NCBI RefSeq assembly: GCF_006345805.1
Contig: NC_042997.1
Location: 213,218,001-213,282,000 of the forward strand
Source of the DNA: Octopus sinensis
Lineage: Eukaryota
Direction of reading: 5' to 3'
Length of the DNA stretch: 64,000 nucleotides
Position 1 is the first letter of the stretch, and each line of letters begins with the position of its first letter. Positions 1 through 12,753 of the stretch are shown here, in pieces. A model generated the notes under the pieces. It saw only the letters and a program-made list of their open reading frames with translations. It had not been told where the DNA came from and made no database searches. The position numbers were made by a program, and so were the translations under genes.

Positions 1-617
1 AAATGAAGATCCAACTGATGGGGATATCCTCATCCAAAACTCAGCCCTACAAATAATTAAATGAAACTACAGTCATCACAAACATGTATATTCAGACATG
101 ATTATATTGTGATCCTTTATATTTAGGGGTCTCAGTTTTGATACACTACTATGGGATATAAAAACTGAATCTTCTCTAAGTTTGGAGCATTACAATAAAT
201 TCAATAAGTAACCTTGGGGAGCTCTGGGGAAGGGATGACACAATTTGGCCATACGAAAACCCATTTTTTGGTACATCATTTTCATGACAAATTACTTATT
301 TTCCTTGGAAAATGATCATTTGAAAGTTCTGGATGTGAACTTTGTTCTCATAGTTTTAACCACAATCTGACACTTGCCTAAGATGTCAGGGTCCCTCAAA
401 CACCCTGGTATTCCCACCCATTCACAAAGTTTATCTCATATTTTTTGGTGACTGCTGAATGGTAGCCCTGAACCTAGTTCAGTGAGCTTGAGTGTTAGAT
501 GTAATGAAAATCATACACTCATGTAGAGGAAAATTAAAAAAACATCACATCAGACTTCAATAGCCCACAAAATAATATTCATTGCATAATATAATTTTTA
601 TTGATGAAAATAGACCA

Positions 618-905
618 GGCCGATGCCAGTGCCGCCGCGACTGGCTTCAGTGCCAGTGGCATGTAAAATGCACCAATCCGACCGTGGCCATTGCCAGCCT
701 CGCCTGGCACCTGTGCAGGTGGCACGTAAAAAGCACCCACTACACTCACGGAGTGGTTGGCATTAGGAAGGGCATCCAGCTGTAGAAACACTGCCAGATA
801 AGACCGGAGCCTGGTGCAGCCTTTTGGCTTCCCAGATCCCCGGTCGAACCGTCCAACCCATGCTAGCATGGAGAACGGACGTTAAACGATGATGATGATG
901 ATGAT
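618..905 (+). mobile_element. 5'-truncated RTE LINE 3' end (SINE-like copy) with (GAT)n tail
   Basis: Same sequence as the 3' UTR attached to the RTE ORF at 8005-9600; ends ggacgttaaac(gat)n. Confidence 0.85.
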
Positions 906-1259
906 TTCTCTACAAAAAATGAAATTCACCCATATAAGAGAATCTAGGTGTATAGAGTGGGGAGAGAAAAGGGGGAAGCAGCAATGTAGTGAGGACTGGG
1001 AGTGGGGAATACTGTAAGTGGTGAGAATCTGGGTGTGGGGGAGATGCAGTGAGCAGAGTAGCAAGGACTAGATTGGGGAGTGTAAGATAATTGTAGTGTA
1101 TGAAGAGGAAATGTGAGGAAGAGAAAGGAAAGGGAAGTGGGGGTGGTGTTTGGTTTGTTGGGGGGGGGTAGGGTGTGTGCTAGTTTTATTATGAGACACA
1201 ACTCAGGTTCACTAGTGTGGGGGGTGGGTCTTCTCAAGAACTTCATATTGCCAGGCATC

Positions 1260-2667
1260 TCAGTCCAGTGTCATTTCTTGTGTGAGTTCCAACATCCTAA
1301 GATCAGTCCTCACCACTTCATCCCTTGTCTTCCTGGGTCTTCCTTTTACACAGGTGCCATCCACTTTCAGTGACAGGCTCTTCTTTATGCACCTGTCTTC
1401 ATTCATACACATCACATGTCCAAACCAACAAAGTCTTCTCTCTTGCACACTGCATTTGATTCCTCTTATGTCCAACTTTTTTCTCAGCACATTTGTGCTT
1501 TGTCATTCATGCCACACATCCAGCAGAGCATTTCTCTCTAGTCTACACATGTCCTCTGCATTCAGAGCTCAAGTTTTACTACCATGGAGTATGGCTGTTC
1601 ATACACAAGCGTCATACAATCTACCTTTCACTCTGAGAGAGAGTCCTTTAGTTGCCAACAGAGATAGTAGGTCTCTGAATTTTCTCCATCCTTTTCTAGA
1701 AACAATACTTTCAGAGCATCCACCCTCATTGTTATTTGGTCACCTAGGTAACAGAAACTGTCTACAACCTCAAGAGAGCCTCCTGGGCATTTGAGAGTAT
1801 CTAATTCCCATATGCTCTTAGTGCTTATTGTTCCTGCACTTCTGCCACACACAAAGGTGACCTTATCTGTTAATCTTCCTGTGATTCCAATGCATCTCTT
1901 ATGTGCAGTGAATGGAATTACTGCCACACACAAAGGTGACCTTATCTGTTAATCTTCCTGTGATTCCAATGCATCTCTTATGTGCAGTGAATGGAATTAC
2001 TTCCAACTCCTTTCCTACAGATTGAGCAGGGGCCATTTACCTGATGGAACTAGAGTCTTACCTGCTTTCTTATTAACAACTTTGGTCTTAGCTAGGTTAA
2101 CTTCAAGGCCCTTCAATTCCAGGCTTTGCTTCCATACCTGAAGTTCCTTCTCCAATTCTGTTATAGATTCTGCAATAAGAACAAGGTCATCAACATATAA
2201 TAATTCCCATGAGCATTCAGTCTTGAATTGCTCTGTCATGGCCTGCAGGACTATGATGAACAAGAGTGGACTAACAACTGAGCCATGATGAACCCCTACC
2301 TAAGCACTAAATTCATCACTATATTCATGGCTGACTCTCACCTTAGTGACAGCCCCACTGTACATGACTTGTACAGCTCTAACAAGCCACTCCTCTACTC
2401 CTAACTTCCTTAGAGACCACCATATAACAGAACATGCAACTCTGTCAAAAGCTTTCTCCAAGTCACTGAAAGCTCAGTATATTGGCCAAATACTTTTCCT
2501 GTGGCTGTCTCCCTAGGAAGATGGCATCTTTGGTACTCTTCCCAGGTACAAAAACAAACTGCATCTCATCTAGTTTAATTCTATTTCTAATCAGTTGAGC
2601 CATGATCCTCCCTATAACTTTCACGACCTGGTCCAGTTGTTTGATACCTCTGTAGTATATATACCGA

Positions 2668-2670
<3 letters not shown>
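1260..2670 (-). mobile_element. Degenerate RTE-clade LINE reverse transcriptase fragment
   Basis: Minus-strand pieces ...FVPGKSTKDAIF..., ELLYVDDLVLIAES, DSFCYLGDQI, LCWFGHV...GRPRKT; frameshifted; contains a 79-bp tandem duplication (1842-1999). Confidence 0.9.
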
Positions 2671-2710
<40 letters not shown>

Positions 2711-2712
2711 TA
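2670..2712. repeat. (AT)n microsatellite
   Basis: Direct read; others include (GT)n at 21911-21934 and (TAA)n at 56077-56115. Confidence 0.95.
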
Positions 2713-3718
2713 TCTTTTGTTATATGTTTATATTGATTTATTGAGATATTCTGTTAATGTACTACATACTTGCTAACTTGGTATTTTGAGTACTACTACT
2801 AGAATGAAACTTAATTTAGTGAAAGCCAGTTAAGGAATCAGTCCTCTTTCAAGATACTACACTTGAAAGGGAAGTGGTTTCACTGTAAGATTGATTCCAC
2901 CCGAACCCTACAACATACGCTTGATTAGAAAAATAAGGATCTCTTAACAGGATTCCACATTTTAGTCAGCTCTCCTGTTACTTCAGTGTTGTCATATGGA
3001 ATAGAGGATGTCAGCCAATGCATAAAAGTATATTTAGGACGGTCTAAAGACTGATATTACTTCATTAGATCAATAACCAATCACTAAATCATTTCATTAT
3101 TTCTATTATAAGGAAGACTCTTCAACAATTTCACTGATTTTAAATTGCTTTATTTTGATATTCTCAAACACGTTTGTTTGGACAATGCAGCCAAGCATTG
3201 CATCTGTAAATCTGCTGATAAACACTTTCGTTTCGTTTCCTCTGCAAAATTGGGACAACTGTGGCCTCTCTTGGAAATGAGCCCCACAAGGTGAGGTGGT
3301 TGCTGGCTATTCTCCACAGCAATGCCATTGCAATCATGTCTGCGGGGCACATCTGAACATGCCATTTTTTTTCTTTGTAATTAAATTGTGATCCATTTTT
3401 TTTATATAAGTAAAACTTGTAAACTCATTTTGTTTTTGAATTTTCCTTAGAAAACCACATTAATTAATGAATTAATATTTATGCATTTATTAAGTGAACA
3501 GCTGGAACTGAAATAGCCTTCCACTCCTGAACTATTTTATCCCTTTCCTTAAAATGATTTTCTATAATTAGATTTTCCATTTATGAAATAAACTTAAATG
3601 GCTGTCTTATTTAAAGGTGGGGACATCTTCTTTCTAAGATTTTCTTTCTTTTTTGTATAAAGTTGAGAGCACATTTAAAATTACTCCATGTCATTGAGTC
3701 TTCTTTCTTGTCTTACAG

Positions 3719-3837
3719 ACCATCATCATGTCGGATTGTATCATTCGTGGGGATCTGGCCAATGTCAGAATCGGCAGACATTGTATAATCAGTGCCAAAG
3801 CTGTGATTAGACCACCTTTTAAGAAGTTTAGCAAAGG
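3719..3837 (+). CDS. DCTN5: Dynactin subunit 5 (p25), internal coding exon (equivalent to human exon 3)
   Basis: tcttacAG acceptor and AAGG|GTAAGA donor; 119 nt translating [40 protein letters not shown], matching recalled DCTN5 ([22 protein letters not shown]...[11 protein letters not shown]). Absent from the ORF track because it is spliced. Confidence 0.97.
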
Positions 3838-4494
3838 GTAAGAGAAATTTCTCTGTTCTCAACTATTATTACTCCAAGCTATTTAGCATTTATACTTATT
3901 CTATATTCTCATTGATTGAATCTCCAGTTGTCATCAGATGTCTGATATTTGAATGTGTACAAGGCCTGGACAAGATTTAAACTAGAAACAATTATCTCTA
4001 AACTTCTAGCCATGTCATTATCCACTAAACCTTTAGCACATATATATATCAAGTGCTAATTTGGTTGTGTGTGTATATCTACCTGGTGGCAACATAGTGT
4101 AAATCATCATCATCATCATCGTTTAGCGTCCGTTTTCCATGCTAGCATGGCTTGGACGGTTCTACTGGGGTCTGTAAAGCCAGAAGGCTTCATCAGGCCC
4201 AGTCAAATCTGGCAGTGTTTCTACGGCTGGATGCCCTTCCTAACGCCAACCACTCCGTGAGTGTAGTGAGTGCTTTTTACGTGCCACCTGCACAGCCAGC
4301 TATATTGTAGATATATTTGTATACAATAATATTTGAGAAATGATAACCTGAACAACTCCCCTCTAAAAATCCTTATTTTCTTAACCTGTTTCACAAATTC
4401 CATAGTTAAGTTATTCTCAGTGATCTAATCCAAAATTTGGTTGAAATATTTGTTGGGAATCATTTTGACTAGTCTATAGCATGCGAGCAGCACA

Positions 4495-5618
4495 TGGTTG
4501 TGTGTGCAGTGACCTTCCTGGGGCAGTGTATTGATTGACATTGCTGTGTTTATTTCACAAGTTGTGACATTGACAGGAAGTTGGAACAATGAGCCAACAT
4601 GAAATTTTGCACTAAACTTGGGAAGTCTGCTACAGAGACATTGAGCATTTCTTTGGCAACAAGACAATGGGCCATGCGCAATATTTTGAGTGGCACAGGC
4701 GCTTCAAAAGTGGAAGAATGTCCTTGGAAGACCTGCCATGAGTGCCCACCCCCGAAAATGTGGAGAATGTTCATCATCATGTGGATGAGGATCATTGGAG
4801 GACAGTCAACGACATTGCTGATGTAGTTTGCCTGTCCTGTGGGTCCATGCAGGTAATCCTAACATCTGAATTGAACATACGGCATGTCTCTGCCAAGTTT
4901 GTCCCGTTACCTCTGAGCAGAAAGAACATAGCATCAAAGTCAGTCAGGATCTCCATCGACATGCCACTGATGACTCCTTCATCGTGTCGCTAATCACCAC
5001 CAGTGACAAGAGTTGGGTCTGTGGGTGCAACCCAGAGATGCAGCAGCAGTTGTCACCATGGAAGAGCTCTTCGTCTCCACAACCGAAGAAGGTACAACAG
5101 ACCCACAGCTCAATCGAGAGCATGCACATCATTTCATTGCAGCATGCATGATGTAGATTATTCAACGTCCATGGTATCGAGAATTTATACTCCAGACCCA
5201 GATCACCAATCTAGAGCTCTACTGCAAAGCATTTGAGGGAGGACATTCAACGAAAGTAACCAGATCTATGGAGCACAGAAAACTGGATTCTTCACAACAA
5301 GAAATCCACCCTGTCACCAAGCTCTTCTCACTAAAAACAACATGCTTCTGCACCCACCCTATTCCCCAGATTTAGTACCTGCAGACTTCCATCTCTTCCC
5401 TAGGAGAAAAAGGTAACCATTTTAACACCATTGTCCCGATCCAGAACAAATTGCAGAAGGTCCTCGACTCGCTTACCAAAAACGACTTCCAGGCAGGAAT
5501 GCTGGGGCCAGTCTATTGCTGCACAAGGTGACTATTTCAAAGGAGATGAGGTTAAAACTTGGGTAAATAAGTTACTTTTTATTAATTAACATATCTAGTC
5601 CAGGAACTTTTTGATACC
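4495..5618 (+). mobile_element. Degenerate mariner transposase element
   Basis: MKFCTKLGKSATET N-terminus, TSDKSWV (TGDETW-like) and HPPYSPDLVPADF (YSPDLAP motif) at 5351-5389; right-end TIR-like ggaactttttgatacc shared with the copy at 35710-36391. Confidence 0.85.
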
Positions 5619-6548
5619 AGGTGAAGTCCATTTTCCATGCTGGCATGGGTTGGACGGTTTGTCAGGAGCTGGAGAGCTGCACCAGGCTCCAATTGTCTAT
5701 TTTGGCATAGTTTCTAGGGCTGGATGCCTTTCCTAACACCAATCACTTTATAGAATGTATTGGCTGCTCTTTACGTGGCACCTAATAAATGTTAGCCAAG
5801 CATTCATAATCTTTATAAAACTCAGTTATTTGTCCTAGAATTTGGATTTGTCTGTTTCTTGAAGACCTAAAGCTGTGTTAAATGAAACAATATTTTCCAA
5901 TAATAATTGTTCAGTGGAAGACATGCTAGCGTCCAGTTAGGCTTGCAGCATCGCATTCCATTCGGGTGTTCCGAGGTGGGATCCTTTTGGGAAACACTTT
6001 CATTCATCCCCAGCATCGATATTTTTTACTGTGGCCATGCTGGGGCACTGCCCCCAAGTGTTTTAGTCAAGCAAATCAACCCCAGTACTTTTTTAATCCG
6101 GGTATTCTATCAGTCTCTTTTACTGAACCACTAAGTTATGGGGACATAAACACACCAACAATGGTTATCAAGTGGTGGTGGGGATACAAACTGAGACACA
6201 CACACATTAGGGGCTTCTTTCAGTTTCTATCAACCAAATCCACTCATAAGGCTTTGGTTGGCCTGAGCCTACAGTAGAAGACACTTGCCCAAGGTGCTAT
6301 GCAGTGAGAATGAACCCAGAACCACGCAGTTGGGAAGCAAACCCCTTACCACACGACCATACCTGCACCTACCATCATCATCATCATCCGTTCTCCAGGC
6401 TGGCATGGGTTTAATGGTTTGACTGGGGAGACGGGGCTGCACCAGGCTCCAATTTGATCTGGCAGAGTTTCTACAGCTGGATGCCCTTCCTAACGCCAAC
6501 CACTCCAAGAGTGTTGTGAGTATTTTTTACATGCCACTGGCACAGGAA

Positions 6549-7110
6549 GCCAGTCAGGCAACACTGGGCATTGACCCGTGCATGAATGGTGCTTATTGCA
6601 TACCACCAGCACGGGTGCCAGTCAGGCAACACTGGCATTGACCCGCGCATGAATGGTGCTTATTGCATACCACCAGCACGGGTGCCAGTCAGGCAACACT
6701 GGCATTGACCCGCGCATGAATGGTGCTTATTGCATACCACCAGCACGGGTGCCAGTCAGGCAACACTGGCATTGACCCGCGCATGAATGGTGCTTATTGC
6801 ATGCCACCAGCACGGGTGCCAGTCAGGCAACACTGGCATTGACCCGCGCATGAATGGTGCTTATTGCATGCCACCAGCACGGGTGCCAGTCAGGCAACAC
6901 TGGCATTGACCCGCGCATGAATGGTGCTTATTGCATGCCACCAGCACGGGTGCCAGTCAGGCAACACTGGGCATTGACCCGCGCATGAATGGTGCTTATT
7001 GCATGCCACCAGCACGGGTGCCAGTCAGGCAACACTGGCATTGACCCGCGCATGAATGGTGCTTATTGCATGCCACCAGCACGGGTGCCAGTCAAGCAGC
7101 ACTGGCATCA
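6549..7110. repeat. 67-bp minisatellite (8 full units plus a partial) inside an RTE 3' UTR copy (6373-7200)
   Basis: Unit gccagtcaggcaacactggcattgacccgcgcatgaatggtgcttattgcat(a/g)ccaccagcacgggt starts at 6549, 6617, 6684, 6751, 6818, 6885, 6952, 7020, 7087; no spacers. Confidence 0.97.
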
Positions 7111-7773
7111 GCCACAACTACAATTTCCATTTTGATTTTGATTGAGATTTTCATTTTACTTGACTCAATAAGTCTTCTCAAGCACTGCATGTTGCCCAAC
7201 GATTCAAAGGCACTTTTTAAATGGGCTGCTTAAACAACACTGGTATAGGCTACAGCTGTGATCCCACTTTGCTTGCCGGGTCTTCTCAATCACCACATAT
7301 CTCCAGAGGTCTCAGTCTCTTGACATTGCCTCTGTGAAGGTCATGCTTCATCACCTCATCCCATGTCTTCCTGGGTCTCCCTCTTCCACTGTTAGGGAGT
7401 GACACTTCTTCACACAGTTCTCCTCATCCATACGCAGCACATGATCATACCAGCACAATCGTCTCTCAGGGCGCTTACACTCTGTTGTGTGTGCACACTG
7501 ACATTACACATCCAGCAGATCATACTAGTTTCATTTCTTTCAAGCCTACGCATGTCCTCAACAGCCATGTTTCACTGTTGTGTAGCATGGCCATACAGTC
7601 TACCTTTCACTCTGGCTGAGAGAACAAATACACCAGTCATATCCTGGGGTAGGAAACACTGAGCTGAGCCGAATCTCCTCCTCCTCCCCTATAAATTTAT
7701 GACTTTGACCTGATATTATAGATTATTATTTATCAAGTTCTAAATATGTGTTAAATATTTTTTCTCTTTCCAG

Positions 7774-7885
7774 TGTAGCATTTTTCCCTCTCCATATAGG
7801 GGACCATGTCTTCATAGGTGAAGATTCTGTTATCAACGCAGCACAAGTTGGATCTTTCGTTCAAGTCGGCAAAAACTGTGTCATC
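7774..7885 (+). CDS. DCTN5: DCTN5 coding exon (equivalent to exon 4)
   Basis: tctttccAG acceptor and ATC|GTGAGT donor; 112 nt, (G)[37 protein letters not shown]; phase continues correctly from the previous exon; left-handed beta-helix hexapeptide pattern. Confidence 0.97.
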
Positions 7886-8004
7886 GTGAGTAAAACTTCA
7901 GATGCTTTCAGAAAAGGAATATTCTTAGAAGAATCAAGGAATTGCCATTTTGGATATTATTTTCAATAATGATTTCTTTGTTTGTTTACAAAAATAGAAA
8001 TATT

Positions 8005-9600
8005 CATCATCATCATCATCGTCGTTTAACGTCCGTTCTCCATGCTAGCATGGGTTGGACGGTTCGACCGGGGTTCTGGGAAGCCAGAAGGCTGCACCAG
8101 GCTCCAGTCTAATTTGGCAATGTTTCTACAGCTGGATGCCCTTCCTAACGCCAACCACTCCGTGAGTGTAGTGGGTGCTTTTTACGTGCCACCTGCACAG
8201 GTGCCAGGCGGGGCTGGCAACGGCCACGGTCAGATTGGTGTATTTTATGTGCCACCGGCACGGAAGCCAGTCGAGGCGGTGCTGGCATCGGCCACGAGTC
8301 GGATAGTGCTTTTTACGTACCACCAGACCAGGGATCCTGGCTGGTTCAATTCGATTTCGATTTCGCTTGCCCCAACATGTCTTCACAAGCAAAGGGGGTT
8401 GGCAAGGGTGCCTGTCGTACGGTCGCATTGGAGTATTTTACGTGCCACAGCCACGAGTCGGATAGTGCTTTTTACGTACCACCAGACCAGGGATCCTGGC
8501 TGGTTCAATTCGATTTCGATTTCGCTTGCCCCAACATGTCTTCACAAGCAAAGGGGGTTGGCATGGGTGCCTGTCGTACGGTCGCATTGGAGTATTTTAC
8601 GTGCCACGGCCCCGAGTCGGATAGTGCTTTTTACGTAACACCAGGCCAGGGATCCTGGCTGGTTCAATTCGGTTTCGATTTCGCTTGCCCCAACATGTCT
8701 TCGCAAGCATGGGGGGTTGGGATGGGTGTCTGTCGTCGGATGAGGTTCTATATCGACTTCGCTTGCCTCAACCGGTCTTTGTGTCCAAGGGAGGAAAGGC
8801 ATTCATAAGTGGGCTGGGCTCACTTGTCCTGCCTGGTCTTCTCACGTACAGAATATTTCCAAAGGTCTCGGTCTCTGGTCATTTCCTCAGTGAGGCCTAA
8901 AGTTCGAAGGTCGTGCTTCACCACCTCGTCCCAGGTTTTCCTGGGTCTACCTCTTCCACGGGTTCCCTCAACTGCTAGGGATTGGCACTTTCTCACACAC
9001 CTATCTTCATCCATTCTCGCCACATGACCATACCAGCGCAATCGTCTCTCTTGCACACCACAACTGATGCTTCTTAGGTACAACATTTCTCTCAAGGTGC
9101 TAACGCTCTGTCGAGTATGTACACTGACATTACACATCCATCGGAGCATACTGGCTTCATTCCTCACGAGCTTACGCATGTCCTCAGCAGTCACAGCCCA
9201 TGTTTCGCTGCCATGTAGCATGGCTGTTCGTACACATGCATCATACAGTCTGCCTTTTACTCTGAGCGAGAGGCCTTTAGTCACCAGCAGAGGTAAGAGC
9301 TCCCTAAACTTTGCCCAGGCTATTCTTATTCTAGCAGTTACACTTTCAGCGCACCCACCCCCACTACTGACTTGGTCACCTAGATAACGGAAGCTATCAA
9401 CTACTTCTAGTTTTTCCCCCTGGAAAGTGACGGAAGTTGTTTTCTGCAGATTTTCGGAGGTTAATGCTCCCGAGCATCTGCCACATACAAAAACTATCTT
9501 CCCAGTTAGCCTACCTTTGACATTGCTGCACCTCTTATGTGTCCATAGCTTACACTGGGTACATCTTATAGAGTTTCTAGCTTACACTGGGTACATCTTA
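8005..9600 (-). mobile_element. Young 5'-truncated RTE LINE: RT C-terminus plus full 3' UTR with a 159-bp tandem repeat
   Basis: ORF 9284-8820 (RLRWYGHVARM...GRGRPRKTWDEVV) runs directly into a 3' UTR ending in (GAT)n; 159-bp units start at 8291, 8450, 8609. Confidence 0.93.
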
Positions 9601-9629
9601 TTTCTAAGAGAGAGAGTTATGCACGATAG

Positions 9630-9841
9630 AGTGATGGCTTGTTGCCAACTTAATGTGACAGTCCCATGAAAGGGAAGAATGTTACTGTTATTTAGCCCCA
9701 GGAAACACCGTTTCTAGTTGGTTATGTGACACAAGCATTCTGTGTCCTTAAATTTTCAAATGGTGTTTCTTGGGGCTAAATAACAGTAACATTCTTCCCT
9801 TTCCTGGGACTGTCACATTAAGTTGGCAACAAGTCATCACT
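9630..9841. mobile_element. Foldback MITE-like element with 80-bp inverted arms
   Basis: 9630-9709 is the reverse complement of 9762-9841 with 3 mismatches; 52-nt spacer. Confidence 0.85.
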
Positions 9842-10447
9842 TTATTTATTTGTTTGTTTTGCAAGATGTTAAACCATGTGTTGAAACACCTTCTGTTGTA
9901 TCTTGGGATGGGTCATTATGCCAATAATAACTACACACACTGGTTCTATTTCATTTCTTTTATTGTTATTTGTTAATTATATCTCACCACTTCATCCTAG
10001 AGGTTCACACTTCTTTATGCAGTCATGCTCATCCATATGTATCATATGACCATACCCAATTTTTTCTCAAGATGTTTACACTCTGTCACACATGCTGGCT
10101 TCATTTCTTTCAAGCTTTCATGTCCTTTGCAGTCACAGCCCGTGTTTCACTTCCGGCTTTGTTAATATTTAACCAATTTGTCGAAGTTGTTCCATTGCTA
10201 TTTGCAACTCTTTCTCTACTCTGGGTCTGTCTTCTAGTTTGCACTTTCTTTATTTATATGGACGTCAGTGAGAATGTTTGCGGGAGAGCAAAAGAAAGAG
10301 TGTGTGTGTGTGTAAGTGCACATCTTTGAATGTGTGGATGCACATTTGTGTGACATAGTCGATTCTTTAAGTATGTGGGAGAGAACATCTGTTTGTGTAT
10401 GGTGTAGATTTTGTGAAAGGTATGAGTTGTAAACATTTATTTCTGTA

Positions 10448-11420
10448 TCATCATCATCATCATCATCTAGCGTCCGTTCTCCATGCTAGCATGGGTTGGA
10501 CGGTTCGACCGGGGATCTGGGAAGCCAGAAGGCTGCACCAGACTCCAGTCTTATCTGGCAGTGTTTCTACGGCTGGATGCCCTTCCTAACGCCAACCACT
10601 CCGTGAGTGTAGTGGGTGCTTTTTACGTGCCACCTGCACAGGTGCCAGGCAAGGCTGGCAACGGCCATCATCATTTAATGTCCATGCTGGCTAGGGTGTG
10701 ACACTTTTTCACACAGCCATCCACATCCATTCTCAACCACAGTCATCTCTCTTGCACACCACATCCAATGCCTCTAATGCCAAACCTTTCTCTCAAGATG
10801 CTTACACTGTTGAGCATGCACACTGACATTGCACATCCAGTGAAGCATACTAGCTTCATTTCTTTCAAGTGTATGCATGTCCTCAGCTGTCACTGCCCAT
10901 GTTTCACTTCCGTGTAGCCTAGCTGTTCGCACTCAGGCGTCGTACAATCTGCCTTTCACTCTGAGAGAGAGAGAGGCCCTTTGTTGCCAGCAGAGGTGGG
11001 AGCTCTCTGAACTTTGCCCAGCCTAATCTTATTCTTGGAGCTATACTCTCAAAGCCTTCACTTCTGCTACTGACTTAGTCACCTAAATAACTGAAGCTAT
11101 CTACTTCTAGCTTACCCCCACTGCCAGTTGGAGTCTATTTTCTGTGTTTATTCTACCTATGCATCTTCCACACACAAAAGCTATTTTCCCTTTTAACCTT
11201 CCTCTGATATTGCTGCACCTCTTATGTGTCCATAGCTTACACTGGGTTCATTTTATAGAGTTTCTACCTATGCCTTTTCTACAGATCGAGCAGGGTCATC
11301 TACCTGAAGGGATTTGAGATTTGTCTGCCTTCCTACTTACTAAGACTTTGGTTTTTGCTAGGTTAACTCTTAAGGCCCTTTGATTCTAGACTTTGCTTCC
11401 ATACCTGAAACTTCATCTCT
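10448..11420 (-). mobile_element. Rearranged RTE LINE fragments (3' tail plus RT segment)
   Basis: (cat)n-initiated tail nearly identical to 8005-8230, followed by a second tail start and RT sequence homologous to 8990-9580. Confidence 0.85.
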
Positions 11421-12753
11421 AGTTCTGGTAGTATATAGATTTCTTATAAGTCCGTATACATACATTGGTGTGAATGTTAGATTGATATACATCTGTTTGA
11501 GATCATTTGCTGTGCATGGGTAAGACATAATTCCTCAATACTCGTATACCATATTCCTTATTTCTTTGAGTTGTAAGAAATGAAAGATAAAGAGGCACTA
11601 AATTGTAATTTGACCATCCTAAAAAAAAGTAAAACTGGTCTTAAATGTCATATACACATCCCAGCACCACATTGAGAAGAGTTGCGTGAGGCTCACAACA
11701 GAGTTAGACTCCCAGTCTATAAGGATTGTCCAGCTCAGAGTGTCATCTCTCATATCGTCAGTATAACACAAGCATCAGTGATCTACCAGCTGCCTTAACA
11801 AGCTGAAGGTTGTGAGCATCCGGCCATGGCCTAGTTCATTGATTTTCTCTATTTTGAGAACTCCACAGTAGATCTTGAATACCCCTCGTGCCAAAACACC
11901 CGTCTCCACACGCTAATTGAGCTGGAACAGGAAATACCTGTAAAAGATGGCAGCTGGTCAGTTGTACAACACCAAATAATATTGCTTTCAAATTTTGAGG
12001 AGGAAGGAAATCGATTACATCAACCCCCAGTACTCAACTGGTACTTATTTCAACAATCCCAAAAGGGTGAAAGGCAAAGTCAACTCTGGTTGCATTTGAA
12101 CTCAGAACACAGAGATGGATGAAATGCTGTTGCTAAGCATTTTGCCCAACCAGCTGATGATTCTGCGAGCTTGCCTCCTTACAACTCTGAATAATATTAA
12201 GAATGGTGTTTATCTGGTGCTTATACAATATTACATGGAAGATTAAGTCCACCACTGTAAGCTATGACTTCTGCAAATCTCATGACCTCTTCTGTTCCAA
12301 CTTGGAAGTGTGTAGTAGGTATCTGAGCATTAAACTAAACGTTGACATATTTCTAGTGGTTCTTTAAATACTGAATTCCAATCTTGCTGAGATCACCTTT
12401 GCCTTTCATCTTATCCAGGGTCAATAAAATAATGCCCCAGTCAAGTAATGGGTGTCAAGCTATTTAACTGACCTTGTCATTCAACTAAATCAGAAAACAT
12501 TTAATCAAACTCCTTACTTCCCCTTATGTATTACATTGACAGAGAAATCATTTTCTCTGTTACAGATAATAAAATATAACAGTGTGACATTTTATTTCCT
12601 AAATTTATAGCTTTCAGTCTATATTTCTACCCAACTGTTCTATTTTTATGTACTTCTTTCTTGTATGTGTTAATTGAAAAATCATTTTTATAAAATGTAA
12701 CAATCATTCACTATAAATGTTTTCTATCTTCCCTTTTGCCTCTCATCCATCAG

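Noticed and set aside
1282-1794. 170-aa plus-strand ORF and similar ones (9067, 23850, 49627)
   Set aside because: Antisense shadow frames of RTE reverse transcriptase.
1-3718. Search for DCTN5 exons 1-2 (expected YIETASGNKVSR...NIVLNGK)
   Set aside because: Not found by eye; presumed upstream of the window, so not annotated.
6549-7110. Regular repeat array superficially like CRISPR
   Set aside because: Units are contiguous with no unique spacers, there are no cas genes, and the context is a eukaryotic intron.
8042-8808. 198-aa and 143-aa ORFs with internal repeats (also MLAWVGRFDRGSGKP... at 579 and 10483)
   Set aside because: Antisense reads of the RTE 3' UTR; the length comes from a 159-bp unit being divisible by 3.
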